Positions 23,555-35,935 of a stretch of 64,000 nucleotides of DNA are shown piece after piece; the stretch's first letter is position 1; every line of letters begins with the position of its first letter. The DNA is from Lama guanicoe (Eukaryota). The stretch lies in contig MU054001.1 of the NCBI GenBank assembly GCA_013239625.1, forward strand, positions 5,567,078 through 5,631,077, read 5' to 3'. The position numbers and the translations under genes were made by a program. The notes below the pieces were generated by a model, which saw only the letters and a list, made by a program, of their open reading frames with translations, made no database searches and was not told the DNA's origin.

Positions 23555-25863
23555 TAGCATTAGTAGCTTCCGTAGGGGCCCAGAGCCCTGTGTTTATTTT
23601 TCCTGTGTTTGTCTCTAGTGTCCTCCTAAACTGCCCTTCCCGTGAGTCTTTCTCTCAACTGGTATCTTAGTATTGTGTTTTCAGTGTTGCCCAAATTCTG
23701 TGTCAGTGAAATTCTTTTTCTGGATAATTAATTCCTAACATTTTTACTGTTCTCTGGACCTTCAAAGGGCTCTGTATTTTATACCTGTTCCCCCTGCCAG
23801 GCTGCTCATGGTCAGTTTCTTGTCTGCCCCTGTAGATCACATCTCTCCTGGCCCTGGAGGCAACGGCTGAGGACTCAGTGCTGGTTTGTCTTTCGTGGTA
23901 AAGGGGCTTAGCTGGCCATGAGCAGGCCTGGGTGGCTCCCCATGATGCTCCCTCCAGGCGTGTGTGGCCCCCACGTCCCTCGGGGGTGAGTCCAGAGTCC
24001 TCCAGGTGGCCAGACTTGTATTTCAATGATATTTTCTCTTGGATGCCTTTAAGATGTGTCCTAATAGTGTAGAACCAGTTGTCAGCTGTCGCTTCCGGGC
24101 AGGTTGCCCGAGTCTCCCACCCAGCTGTGGGTGTAGAGGGGGAAGACTTGAGGCAGTCCAGGAGGTGACTTCAGTCACAGCTCCTGGGCCTCAGCTTCAG
24201 AACTGATGGTTTTCAAAAACAGCACAAGTCTGAGGACTAGGGCTGTTTCACAGTGACCCTGACCTTTTGGGCCAAGGTTTGTTCCAGCAGCCTTGCCAAT
24301 CCAGCACTTCTGTTTCAGAGAAGGCCCTAGGTGAGGCGTGCCTTGATTACCGGGGTTTAGCCACAGGTCTTGCTGGAAGGGGACTGAGTCTCCCCTGAAG
24401 CCAGGTAGAGCTGGCTAGGCCTAGAGGTCAGGAGGTTTCTGGGCTCTGGAAGTGAGCTGACCCTTGACCTTTGAATTATGTAAGCCTCTGTGGTCTCAGT
24501 AGTGTTTCTGAGAGCTCTCCTGCCCCTTTTCTCGGGCGGGTGCAGGAAGAATGCAGAAGACTAAGTGGGAGGAGTTTAGAAACGCATGAATTACTCACTT
24601 GGGAAGTCATATCATGAAACATAATGCACAGCTTTTTCTGGAATCTGTCGAGTTTAGTTAAATTTAATATTTAAATACTCAATTTTCAAACCATTATAAA
24701 AAGTGTCATCATGTGTTCTCTAGCCTCCCAACACTAGGCTCAGTATTGATGGCTACGGAGTATTTCTCAGTGGTCTGCCCACTGTGGTAGGTTTCTAAGC
24801 TACCTTGGGAGTGTCGGTAGCAGTGCTTCCTGTGGCTCCTTCAGGCTGTCGAGCAGCATTCCTGTGACGTAGATGGCAGGGCAGAGGATGCCATCCTTGT
24901 TCAGTAGACTGGTATCTGGTGCTTGGAGAGATGGCCCAGAGTTGAAGAGCAAGGTGGTGGTGATGCTGAGTGATTCCTGGGCCTGCATGCTCCCCCCGGC
25001 CCCAGGCTGCCACCTCCGGAGGAGAGAGGCTGGGCTGACCTCTGTGTCAGGTAGCCTGTGTTTGAGACCCTGCAGGCTGCCAGCGGGAAGGACAGTAAGA
25101 AGGCCTCTCAGCCGTCCTGGGCGGGTCGTCATTGTTCTGGCAGGCTCCACTGAGGCGTGGCCATGCCACCAGGGACTCCGTTGGCCTGTGGCAGTTTTTG
25201 AGATCAGTGAGAGGAGGCATAGTCCTGCTTCATTCTTAGGCTTATTGTGGCACCTGTGGAGTAGGAGCCACCCCAGAAACCTGTGATGCTCTTAGCTAGC
25301 AGACCGCCTGGCTGGGGCCCCATTCTCACCTCTCAACTCAGGCCCCGCCCACCTCCCACACACCTCCAAGATTGGCCTGCCTTTGGGAATCCCTCCCCAC
25401 TTCCAGCTGTCCACCGGCACTTCCCTGTCCCCACCTGCCCTTTCTGCATCCCTGGGCCCACCTCCTCTCATCTCTTAGCTGTAGTTTGTCGGTCAGTTAC
25501 TCTGACTCCATTTCTTCATCATCTACCTCCGTTACTCCCCACATATTGCAGATCCTTGAGATTAACATAACGTGAATTCCCTAAGGCTCATCTCTGTTGC
25601 TGCTTTCCCTCACTCTCCTACTCTCCACTTCCTGGTCTGCAGGCTTGGCCTCCACCCCACCACGTAGTAATAGTGTAGGAGAAGTCATCGGGGACCACCT
25701 GATTGCCGGATTCACAGGCCTTCTCCCAGTCCTTGACTGAGTGTCCACACTCAGTCACCATGGCATGACATCGTTGACCTCATTTACCCTATTTTCTGAG
25801 ATTTCCCTCACTCCTGAACATCTTTCATTCCTTTTCCCTCTTTTACCCAAAGGCCAGTTCGAC

Positions 25864-26062
25864 GGGTGGTTCTCAAACTTCGCACCAGCTCCAGGACTCA
25901 TGGTGGGGAGGGCAGCTCCTCCTAAAAGTGCGGGTTACTGGGCACCACCCCAGAGATGTTTATCGGTAGCTCTGGAGTAAAGCCTGGAAATCTGCAGCTT
26001 CACCTAGTTCCCTGCATGGCTTCCATGCAGGTGGTCCACGGACCACGTTTTGAGAAACTCAC
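25864..26062. mobile_element. MER5-like hAT MITE
   Basis: gtggttctcaaactt ... ggtggtccacggaccacgttttgagaaac. Confidence 0.75.
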
Positions 26063-26149
26063 CCCTAGGGATCACCACGTTTCCCTGACTCCAGCTGTCC
26101 CCTCTCTGCAGTGACTTCTGGTCCCAGCTCCAGCCCTGCCCTTTAGAAG

Positions 26150-26943
26150 TGCATTTCTAGCTCTACCTGGAAGCCCTGGGACATCTCAGACTCACTCCCA
26201 GGCCCCCAGCCTGCATCTGTTCCTTGCTGTCCTTTCCCACCTACCCTGCCACAAGGTCCCCTCATCCACCCCTGCCCCTTTTTGACGATTGCCCCCCAAG
26301 TCATGCTTTTATGGCCTCCCTGTGGGCATCAGCCTCTGACAAGTGAGTCCACCTCTCAGCTTCCCCTATCCCTCTTCCAGACTCCACAGCTGCTAGAGTT
26401 ATCTTCTTAAAAGCACATTTCCGGACACCCACCCCGTCCTGTTCAGTGGCCGTGGCTTTCATGGCCAGAGTGTCAAGCTCAGGCCTCCCTGAGCTTAGTG
26501 TCCTTAGCTGCTCACCTCTCAAGTCGCACTTGATGGCCTGCTTTGCATAGCCCACCACCCACTCACTACAGCCACACGATTTCCTCGGTTACCTGTGGGC
26601 TCCTGCCTGTGTTGTGCATCCCTTCTCTGCTAGAAATGCCCTTTCACCCAAATGGCTTCCCCCTTCAAGGTCCAGCCCTGAGTCCTCTGTACCCTTGCCC
26701 AGAGCTTCCGACCGGAAGCAGCCTCCGGTGTTCTGTGATCCCACAGCACTTGTGTCTTGCTTTCGGCGCTTGCCACTCTGGCTGGTGTCACTGCAGCTGA
26801 TTGTGTACTGTGTCTTACCTCCCTTTCTAGACTGTGAGCTCCTCGTGGGCAGGGCTGTCTGTGTTCACTCTCTGTATTTCCTCTGGCACCTAGCACAGTG
26901 CCTTGCACTTAATAGGTGCTCAATAAAGTCTGCTCAATTGAAC
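26150..26943 (+). mobile_element. L2 3' region
   Basis: ctagactgtgagctcctcgtgggcaggg...gcacctagcacagtgcctt...aataggtgctcaataaa. Confidence 0.8.
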
Positions 26944-29519
26944 CTGGAGGACAGTGCCTTCTTGATGGCGGCATCTGGCAGCCAGCAAGGTCTTCAGAAA
27001 CCAGATTCTCAGCAATTGCTCCCCAGAATCCACTACTCTCCATTTTCACATCTCTTCAAGGTTCCAATGCCATCTGGTCCAGGCAGGGGCACCTGGCCCA
27101 GCCAGAGCCAAGCAGCGTGCTCTGACTTCCTGTCCACAGGTGGCCCAGGCAGATACCTGGCCAAGCTAGGCCAGGCAGAGCCTCTCGTGGGATTGCCCCC
27201 TCTGGTGGTGGGTGCTGGGGGGTGTCACACCCAGATCTGTTGGAGGCTGCTTCCTGCCCGGGCGTGGGGGAGGGGTGGTCTATGGTGGGAGAAAAGCTGA
27301 AATTGTCATGGAAACCTGAATGTACACACATGTGCCTTTACATGTCGAGGTGCCCATTATCCTGACACGTTTCACTTTTTCCTTAAGTTAGGTTTACATC
27401 CCTTCCATCAAGTGTCAAGCCCTCACACTTGACAGATTAAATGAGGGAGGCTTGTCAAATCTTTAGGAAGATCCCGAAGACCAGTGCAGCAGCGCTGTGG
27501 AAGTGTCCCCCAAGTCAGAAAACTGTGCTAGGCTGGTAGTTTCTGAGTAACCACAAGGAGCTCCGCCCCCACCGCAAGCAGGCTGTTTCCTTCCTGGTGT
27601 CCCATCCTCTCAAGGTTATATCTTAAAAATACCCTGATGAGAATTTCTTTGCTCTATTTCCTAGCTGGGCAGAGACCAGGCCTGCTCCTTTGGAGTTAGA
27701 TCTTCCCTTCCATGTCCTCACCAGTAAGCCTCGAGGGGGTAACCCTTCCTGCTCCAGGGCTGTCTTGAGGAATAAGTCTGCCTAGAACAGAGCCCTACCC
27801 AGAGCCCGTTCAGTGACGGTGATGCCCAGCAACCCTGCAGACACTTAGCTAACTGTTCGCACCCTTACAGATCATCCCAGAGGTAGAGAACTTGTCTCCA
27901 AAAGCTCAGAGATCTCATCTCCCAGATTGTGAACGCCCTCCCCTGTCCCTTCCAACTCACCCAGAGCAAGGGCCAGCCCTTCCTCAGAGCCTGGGCAGGG
28001 CCGCTGGAGGTCCTGCCATGACCTAGAGAGGACACTGCTCCTTTCACACTCTTGGCGCCCCAGAGAGCCCCTCTGGTGTCATGACAGAGCCAGAGGGTCG
28101 CCAGCGGAGCCGCTGCCTGGCCACAGGGTGTGCGGGAAAGCTGATGCCAGGGCTGACGCAGCACTCACCAGGCCTGCCTTTGCCTTATCTGCTCCTCAGG
28201 CCTCTCCTTGGAGGTCTCCATCTTGTAGGAGGTGAGGCCCAGGGATGCAGAGCCTGGCTCTGCTCCAAGCCCATGTCCAGATTGCCAGATGTGAATGCCA
28301 GCAGGCCATTCCACCTCCCCAAGAAGCAGACTCTGCTCAAGGTGACTTGCAGCCAGAATGGCCCCCCTGCCCCCCCACCCACCCAGTGAACAGAATGGGG
28401 GCTTGTGACCTAGGTCAAGGTTGTCAGCCTGCTGGGCAGGAGGAGACTGTGGAAGGAAGCGGCCTCCCACTTCCCACCTTCCTGAGCAGTGGGGCCCTTC
28501 TCCAGCCCTGTTCCTGTGGGAGGATGCCGGGAGCACATATTTTTTAAGCTGACCAGCACTGCAGAAGCTCTGTCTGTCCGGAGTGCGCCCGAGTGTGCGT
28601 CATACCGCTGTCCTATTCGTGAAGGGGGATGCTGAGCAATAAAACGACCTTTGATGGTTTTTGAAAACTGAAAGCAGCCTTTTTTACAGCTCAGGTTCCA
28701 AGTCTGCTGGCAGTCATCAGGGAAACTGAGGCTGGGCAGGCAGGCATTTGCCCAGAAACGGCATCAGAGCCCACAGCCAGTGCTGTAGCTGGAGCCCAGG
28801 AGCCCTGGCACTTCTGGAACCAGCTCCCTGCCACCTCCTCTCACAGGACTCTCAGCTGCAGACTATGGCCTTTGGGGCTTCAGTTCCCACCCCTCCACCA
28901 CAAGTCCCCAGGGAGTCCTGTTTGGCCCCACAGCCTGAAACCCAGTCTGGGGTCAGGCCTGGGCAGGCCCTGCCCTCCCCCGTCCCGGCTCCCAGAGGGA
29001 GGAGAAGGGGGCCTCCCCTGAAAAGAATGCGCTTGTCTGCCCGCCTGTCTGGCTCCGGGATCAGTCTAAGGTTTCAGCCACCAAAAAAGGCTGCAGGAAG
29101 GAGTGGGCCTCCTGCAGCTGGCCTCAGGGAGCTGCAGGCACTGCTTTGTTCACGTGACCCCCCCAAACCAGATTGTCTGTTGACGACAGCAGGTCTCCCC
29201 CTGCCAGCCCCTTACGAGCCCCACCCCCGCCGCCTGAGGTGGGCAGGGCACTGGTGCTTAGTCCCATTTTAAGGCTACAGAAACCAAGGCCCAGTGGTGA
29301 GTGGTGGGAGAAGGGCTGCAGCTCCAACCCTCGCTTCCTCTGCATGCTTCTGCTTCCCAGCCCCTCTGTGGTGCCTCCCTCTCCCCTGTCCACCAGCTGT
29401 CCTTGAGCAGCTGCCGTGTGCCTGGGACAGTGCTGAGAGAAGGGACAGATAGCCAGAAGAGCCCTTTTCCAAAGCACCCCATGCTCCCCCAGCCCTGGCA
29501 GTGAGGGTGTGGACCGCAT

Positions 29520-29760
29520 TCTGGCACTTCTTGCTGTGTGACCTCGAGAAAGTTACTTAGCCTCTCAGATGAGGCCTGCCTCCTCCTCTGTGAAATGGAA
29601 GTGATGATGCGCCCCTCACAGCTAGTGGTTTTCAATCCTGATGCACATCAGAGCAATTAAACATGCTCGTGCCCAGGCCACGCCCCAAACTGGGCAGATC
29701 AGCCTCTCTAGAACTCCCCAGGGATCCCACGTGCCTTCAGACTGAGAACCCAGAGAACCG
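29520..29760 (+). mobile_element. MIR fragment interrupted by a MER5-like MITE
   Basis: gctgtgtgacctcgagaaagttacttagcctctc...ctgtgaaatgg, then agtggttttcaatcctg...tgagaacc. Confidence 0.6.
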
Positions 29761-32700
29761 ACATGGAGATCAAAGCTTAAGAAATGGGCCTGGCCTCTGT
29801 GAGGCCCTCCTTTTCCTGACAGCCACCTTCAGTCTCGTACGTGGCTCCAGGAAGAGCTCTTCCTCAAGGCCTCTTCTGACCTTCAGTGTTTTCCAAATCC
29901 CAGACCCCGCAGAGGCGGGGACCCCGTGTGCAGAGGAGCATGGAGCTGGGTGGCCAGAGGGGCCCCCTCCAGCTCCCTCCTGTAACAAGTGGCTGGTGCT
30001 GGCTTGGTTGTTCCTCTCCACCCCCTGCCCAGCTGTGTGTCCTCAGTTCTTGGCAGAAGCTGGCTCTGATCACACCTGGGGACATTGCTGAAAGTACAGA
30101 GTGAGGGGAGCGCCTGGCACCTACTGAGCATGCAGGCTTCTTTCCACCAAACCAGGGCCTTCTCGTTGCCTGTCATATGCCCTGCAGACCCCAGTCACTG
30201 CCCAACAAGGCCCTGACAGGGCCTGGGAGCCCAGCAGGGTCAGCATACACTGCAGAGGACAGAAAGAGTCTGCCACATGGAGACCTCCCATTTCAGCATG
30301 CTGAGGCCGGCTGGCTTAGACTCCCACAACCATCAGCCGTTATGTGAGGCAAATCTTGAATCCAGGTCTTACTCCAGCTCTCTCCACTGCCTCCCTGGGA
30401 GATGCGGGTCTCTTCCCTCAGAGCGTTTCCCGCTTTCTGATACCTCCAGGTTTCTTCCCTAAGACCCCGAACATGGGCACTGAAAACCAGCCTGAGCATT
30501 GCACACAGATGGAGGTAGCTCTGAGTCAGACGGTGGAGGGTGACTGGCTCTAAGAGGACACCAGCAAAGCTGGTGGGAAGAGGCCCTGGACTACCCCAGA
30601 GCTGATGGTGGCTGAGGGTGCTGCCTACCTCAGACATCCAGCACCCAGGCTCGGATCCATCTGCTACCCCGAGGCTTATGGGAATGATCGTCCCAGCCTA
30701 AGCCACCCCTTGGGGGCTCTGCATCCCCCTGTCGCTGTCATGGTGACCACCAGGCCTGAGAATCCCCCAGTGGAAACTGACTTGATGATGTGAACCTTGA
30801 CTCCGTCCCTTCTCCTCCGCCCCCTCCAAACTGAACCCAGACCCCATCCTTTGGTCTTCCCATGTCATCTCTCACAGTCCCAGCCACAGCTGCTCACCAT
30901 CTTCCTACTGGGCTGTGTCTCTACAGTGGCCCAATGGGGTAGACAAGAATGTTTACCCCACCCTACAGAAGTGGAAACTGAGGCAGGGCCTTCCTGTGAC
31001 CTGCAGAGCCAAGACTTGAACCCAGAGGTCCTTACTCCATCTCTCCACCAAATGACTCAGGAGACCACAGCTGGCTGTCCATGCGTGCATTCACTGATGT
31101 CAGTCTCTAGTACCTTCTGAAGACTACCTTTCGGCTGGGATGGGTGACTGTGGGGGGCTGACAGCCTTCCTGGGCCAGGGGACCCAAGACAGAAGTGGGG
31201 TGGGGTAGGTGGCATTAGCCAGGCGGAGAGGGTGGGGCTGTGGGTGGGAGAGCATTCCTGGCAGAGATAAGAAGGAAGGCAGGCTCAGAGGCTGGAGAGG
31301 TCAGAGAAGAGGGGTTGCTGGGTCCTCTGGAATGTGTTCTGCCTTCTTTCCCTGAGCCGTGCACCTACAGGGGGGTGCACGGTCTGCCCTTGGAAAAGCC
31401 CTTCCGAAGCCTGTTTCCGCGCCTGGCAGGAGCCCTGCTCCAGCCCTCCCTGCTCTTGGAACAGGAAGGCGGCCTGCGTTTCCAGCTAACCCAGCTCCAT
31501 TCCTGCAGTGTCGAGGGGGTGGGCTCCCCAGGACGTCTCCCGTCGGCAGCATGTGGTGGCCTCTTACCAAATGGTCACGACTGCATCTTCCCCAAGACCT
31601 GAGCTGGGTCTCCTGCGGCAACACCTCTGGCCTTCCATTCGTCCCCTCCCTGAAGAGCCAGGACAGAAGGGGGGCCCCTGCCTGCCACCTGTGACCTCAG
31701 TGTTCCAGGGCCTACCCTGGTATCGAGAAGACCCACTGGCTCCTCTTTGGGAAAAGGGCAAATTGGCTTTTTTAGGGACAGAGATTCACTCCTAATCATG
31801 ACTTAATGTATAACCTCCTCACCTCCTCTGTGCCTTTGTTTCCCCTACACTCGGTCATCCCCGTTTGGCAAGATAATGCCTGTCGTTGGCCCCATGTTAA
31901 TCGAGTGGGCTAGTTCCTTTATGCTTTTTTCAACTTTTTTGAGGTGTATGTGACACATAGAAGAGGACACAAGTCATCAACAGGCAGCTTGCTGAGTGTT
32001 CCCAAACCGACCGTGTCACCATGTCACCAGCCTCCAGATGAAGAAATGGAACAGGTGAGCCCCCCACCCCGGAGCCCCAGTGCCCTCCCCACCCCCACCA
32101 AGGCAACCACAACCTTGACTGCCAATGGTCTGAAGAAGGCTCCATCCTCCTCCTCCTGTACAGGGCAGGCCAGGACCCTTAGAAGGGGAGAGAAAGAGAG
32201 AAAGGCCAGGTTCCAGGACTCATGTACACAGCACCTGATTCCCGTGGCCACGCAGAGCAGGGCACACAGCCGAGCCCTGGAGCTGGGTGGGCCCCATGTG
32301 CCCCAGGGCTTTACCAGCCAGCGCTGCCCAGGGGAACCCAAGAGGCGCCTCTGAAGGGCAAAACTACAGCAAAGCAGTTGTGCATTGCTTTCCAAGAAAA
32401 AAAAGCACTTTTTTTCTTATCTTTCAAAATGTTATGAAGTCTTCAGAATCACATGCCCAGTTGGTGGACCAGAGAAAAGTAGCCAAAAGAAGGCTGTTTG
32501 ATTTTTTTCAGTTGGGATGTTTAAAGAAGAACCGTCCAGCTGGCCTGCCTTCCAGGGCCTTTTTTCAGGGCCCTGCCTTCCTTCTCCCCTCCAGGAAGGA
32601 GGGCACCCCTCGCCTGCCTGTCCTCCTGCCCTTGGTAATTGCAACCAGCTGTCCAGGGCCGAAGCTCACGCTCCCAGGCTCGTTCATGGCTGCTCTCTAG

Positions 32701-32967
32701 TTGTAGGGGGCGAGGGCAAAGTTCCCACCCCTAACACCACTAAATCCATCTCCTCTCAGGGCCAGGGCCCTCAGGTTCTGGTCCCAACTCTGCTGTGAAT
32801 TCCCTTGGGCTTCTCCCTTCCCCTCTTGGGTGTCAGTGTCCCAGCATATAAAACAAGTGTCCCCCCACTGCTACTGGACTGGCCGGCTGTGAGACAGACC
32901 CACAGAAATCTCACAGCACTGTGAGATTTGGGAGGGATGGTTCTCCAAGCATCAGCTCCAAGCCCAC

Positions 32968-33003
32968 TCTTCCAGGAAGTCTTCCAGGAAGTCTTCCAGG
33001 AAG
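32968..33003. repeat. 12-bp tandem repeat x3, each unit containing TTCCAGGAA
   Basis: tcttccaggaag three times. Confidence 0.9.
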
Positions 33004-33469
33004 GCTCGGTACCTCTCAGCACATCAGGGAGCACACAGCTATGAACGAGGCGGCATGGCCTGGGTCCTCACCTGTCTGGCATCCCCCATTGCTCCTGGGG
33101 CAGATGTATATGGGACAGTAAGCAGGGACTGGAGATTGCACTTCTCTTGTGTTTCTGTCAAGAAATTTGGTTGCAGGAACAGATGCCCTCTCTACCTGGC
33201 TGAAGCCAGGAGCAAATTTATCAGAAGACACTAGTCCCAGCTCTGGCTGTTCCAGGTCTCTCAGAGGTCGCTTGAATGAACATCTCCCCTCCCCAGGCCT
33301 GGGTCCCCATTTTGAGATAAGGAGTCCGGGGCTGACTCCTGAAAAGTCTTACAGCCTTCATCTTTGCTGATCCCTGGAATCTCCTTTTTCTCAGAAACAA
33401 AGGAGGCCAAGAGCAGGAAGGACAAACTGAGCCTTCCTTAGAAAATAAGCAAAAGTTTTTTACAAAGTT

Positions 33470-33995
33470 AGACACATTCTTCAGTACGACGCAGCAGTTG
33501 CATTCCCAGGTACTGAAGAGAATGAAAACATAGGCCCACCAAAAGGCTTGTACAAAAACACCTATGGCAGCCTTATTCCTAATAGCCCAAACTGGAAGCG
33601 ACCCAAGTGTCCAAGAGGTGAAAGGGTAAACTAATTGTGGAACATTTGCAAGATGGAGTACCGCTCAGCAGACGCTCAGACAACTCTATTCTGGCTGCAC
33701 AGACAGACACAACAGGACGGATTACCTCACAGTCCTCAAAGTTCGGCTGAGTGAAAAAAGCCAGGCAAAGAGTACACACTGTATGAATCATGTATAGGAA
33801 GTTTTAGAAAAGGCAAAACTACTCTATGGGAATAGCAATCAGAGCGAGCTGGAGGCCGTGGGGAAACTTTCTAGGGCGATGGAACTCTATTTTGTTTTGA
33901 GTGGTAGTTATACTTGTGTGTACAATAGTCAAAACAGTCACTGACCATTTAGGATCTGTGTATTTTAATGTACATAAAGAATGCTTTAGTTTTTA
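33470..33995 (+). mobile_element. Old L1 (L1MC/L1ME-like) 3' end
   Basis: gcagccttattcctaatagcccaaactggaagcgacccaagtgtcc...ctgagtgaaaaaagccag...aggcaaaact. Confidence 0.8.
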
Positions 33996-34261
33996 AAAAG
34001 TAAATTCATTAAGACTAAAGAATGAAAGAAAGAAAAGTCAAAGCCCTCAGGCCAGGCAGGGAGGCCTGCCCGCCCTCTAAGGAGATTGTTTGCCTTGTTA
34101 GAAGCCAGCAGTTTGGAGGCCTGGAACATGAGGGTCCTCTTTGGCTGTTTTCACAGGCAGGTCATCAAGTGAGGGGACCAAGGGGATGGGGGTGCGGAGG
34201 GAGGGAGGACATGAGGAGCAGCTTAAGGGTTCATCACTACAGCCTGCGAGAACGGCGCATC

Positions 34262-34400
34262 TGTCCTTCAATTGAATGTTCCTTGAGCATCTTCTCCGTG
34301 CCAGACACTGTGGCCAGCACTGGAGATACAGCAGTGACCAAAAGCCATGGTCCCTGCTCTCATGGGGCTCTCTGGGTGAGAGAGACATTGAGCACCAAGT
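34262..34400 (-). mobile_element. L2 fragment
   Basis: ttgagcatcttctccgtgccagacactgtg...ctggagatacagcagtgacc...ccctgctctcatggggctc. Confidence 0.7.
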
Positions 34401-34874
34401 CACACTTCACCCCCAGACCAAGGACCGAGAAGAAGCAGCACCGGGAGCTCCAAGGTCACTAGCCTGGAATTCTCCCCTTTCTTGGGTCCAGGAAGCCCAC
34501 TCAGGAACCCTGAGTACAGAACTGAGCTCTGAACAAGTGCAAGATATTAACCTGGTGTAGAGTAGGAGGGAGCGCATCCTGCCCTCGAAGCCAGAATCTA
34601 ACACAGGAATCACAAACTCCAGGGCCAAAGGGACCAGGCAGGTGACGGTGCTGGTGAAGGAACAGAGAGCGTGGGCACAAGAGTCAGGTCAGCACCGGGG
34701 CCCTGAGCACAGGGCCCATCTGGGGGGATGAGCCGGGGAGACTGTTGCCCTGCAGAACTGCAGGCCTGCTGTGGTCCCATCTTCCCATTGTTTTAAAAAA
34801 GAATACCTAGAAATCTGGATTGTTTTCAATGTAAGCTCAAATCAATTTTTAAATCTTGACTCACATTTTTAAAT

Positions 34875-35935
34875 CATTTCTATAGATTCAAAGCAGTCCC
34901 ACTCAAAATTCCAGCAAGACTTTTTGTAAAAACTTGCAAGCTGATTCTAAAATTTACACAGAAAAGCGAAAAACCAAGAATATCCGAAAACACACTTGAA
35001 AAAGAACAGCAAAACTGGGGGTCTCACACTACGTGATTTCCAGATTTAGCATGAAACTACAGAATCAGGACATTGTGTTAGTGGCAAAAAGATAGACACA
35101 TAGATCAGTGGAGTAGAAGGTCCAGAAATAGACTCACACAAATATGGTCAATTGGCTTTGACAAAAGCGCAGAGACAATTCAATGAAGAAAGGTTAGTCT
35201 TTTCAGTAAATGGCTTGTCCTTGTGACAGACAGACTCTTAGATGACCCCCCCCCCAGCCATGGCCCTTGCCTCCTGGTGTTCATACCCTTGTGTAAACCC
35301 ATCCCCTTTGAGTGTGGATGGGATTGTGACTGACTTCTCACCAATGGAATATGGCAAAGTGGGGCGACGTCGTTCCCACGATTATGTCATGTTGCACGAG
35401 ACTCCATCCTGCTAGCAGCTTGCTCTGGGGACTCTCCTTGCTGGCTTGATGGAGTAAAGCAGCTGTGTTTGGAAATCCCATGTGACAGGAAACTGCAGGA
35501 GCCCTCTAGGAACTGGGTGACCTCAAGGAGCTGGAGGTGGCCCACAAGAAGCCAGGGCCCCCAGTCCTATAGCTGTAAGGAAGTCAATTCTGCCAACAAC
35601 TTGAATGAGCTTGGCAGCAGATTATTCTAGTCAAGCCTCCAGATGAGAACGCAGCCTGGCTAACACCCTAATTGCAGCCCAGTGAGACCCTAAGATGACC
35701 CAGTTAAGCTGTGCCCAGACTCCTGAGCCACAGGAACTATGAGATAATAAGTGTATGTTGTTTTAAGCCACTAAGTGTGGGGTAATGTATGATGCAACAT
35801 AGAAAATTAATATAATCCATAAGCCAAAAAATAAAACCTCCACCCATAGATCATACATACACAGAAGTTAACTCAAAATGGGTCATAGGTCTAGATGTGA
35901 AACCATGAAACTTATATAAAAAACAAAACCCCTGA
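34875..35935 (+). mobile_element. Old L1 ORF2 fragment interrupted by an MLT1 LTR
   Basis: tctatagattcaaagcagtccc...caagctgattctaaaatttac...; resumes after 35814 with aactcaaaatgggtcatag. Confidence 0.75.
35222..35813 (+). mobile_element. MLT1 (ERVL-MaLR) solo LTR
   Basis: tgtgacagac...ccttgtgtaa.ccc..ccccttgagtgtgg...aattctgccaacaac...aagccactaagt.tggggtaat...aattaatata. Confidence 0.85.

Larger units (their letters stand above)
22557..23575 (+). other. N4BP1: N4BP1 proximal 3'UTR (a longer isoform may extend further)
   Basis: Follows the stop codon; AU-rich blocks at 22670-22940; ends near an AATAAA with a downstream GU/U-rich element. Confidence 0.7.

Noticed and set aside
26614..27300. 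228-aa ORF
   Set aside because: Runs through an L2 3' end; chance open frame.
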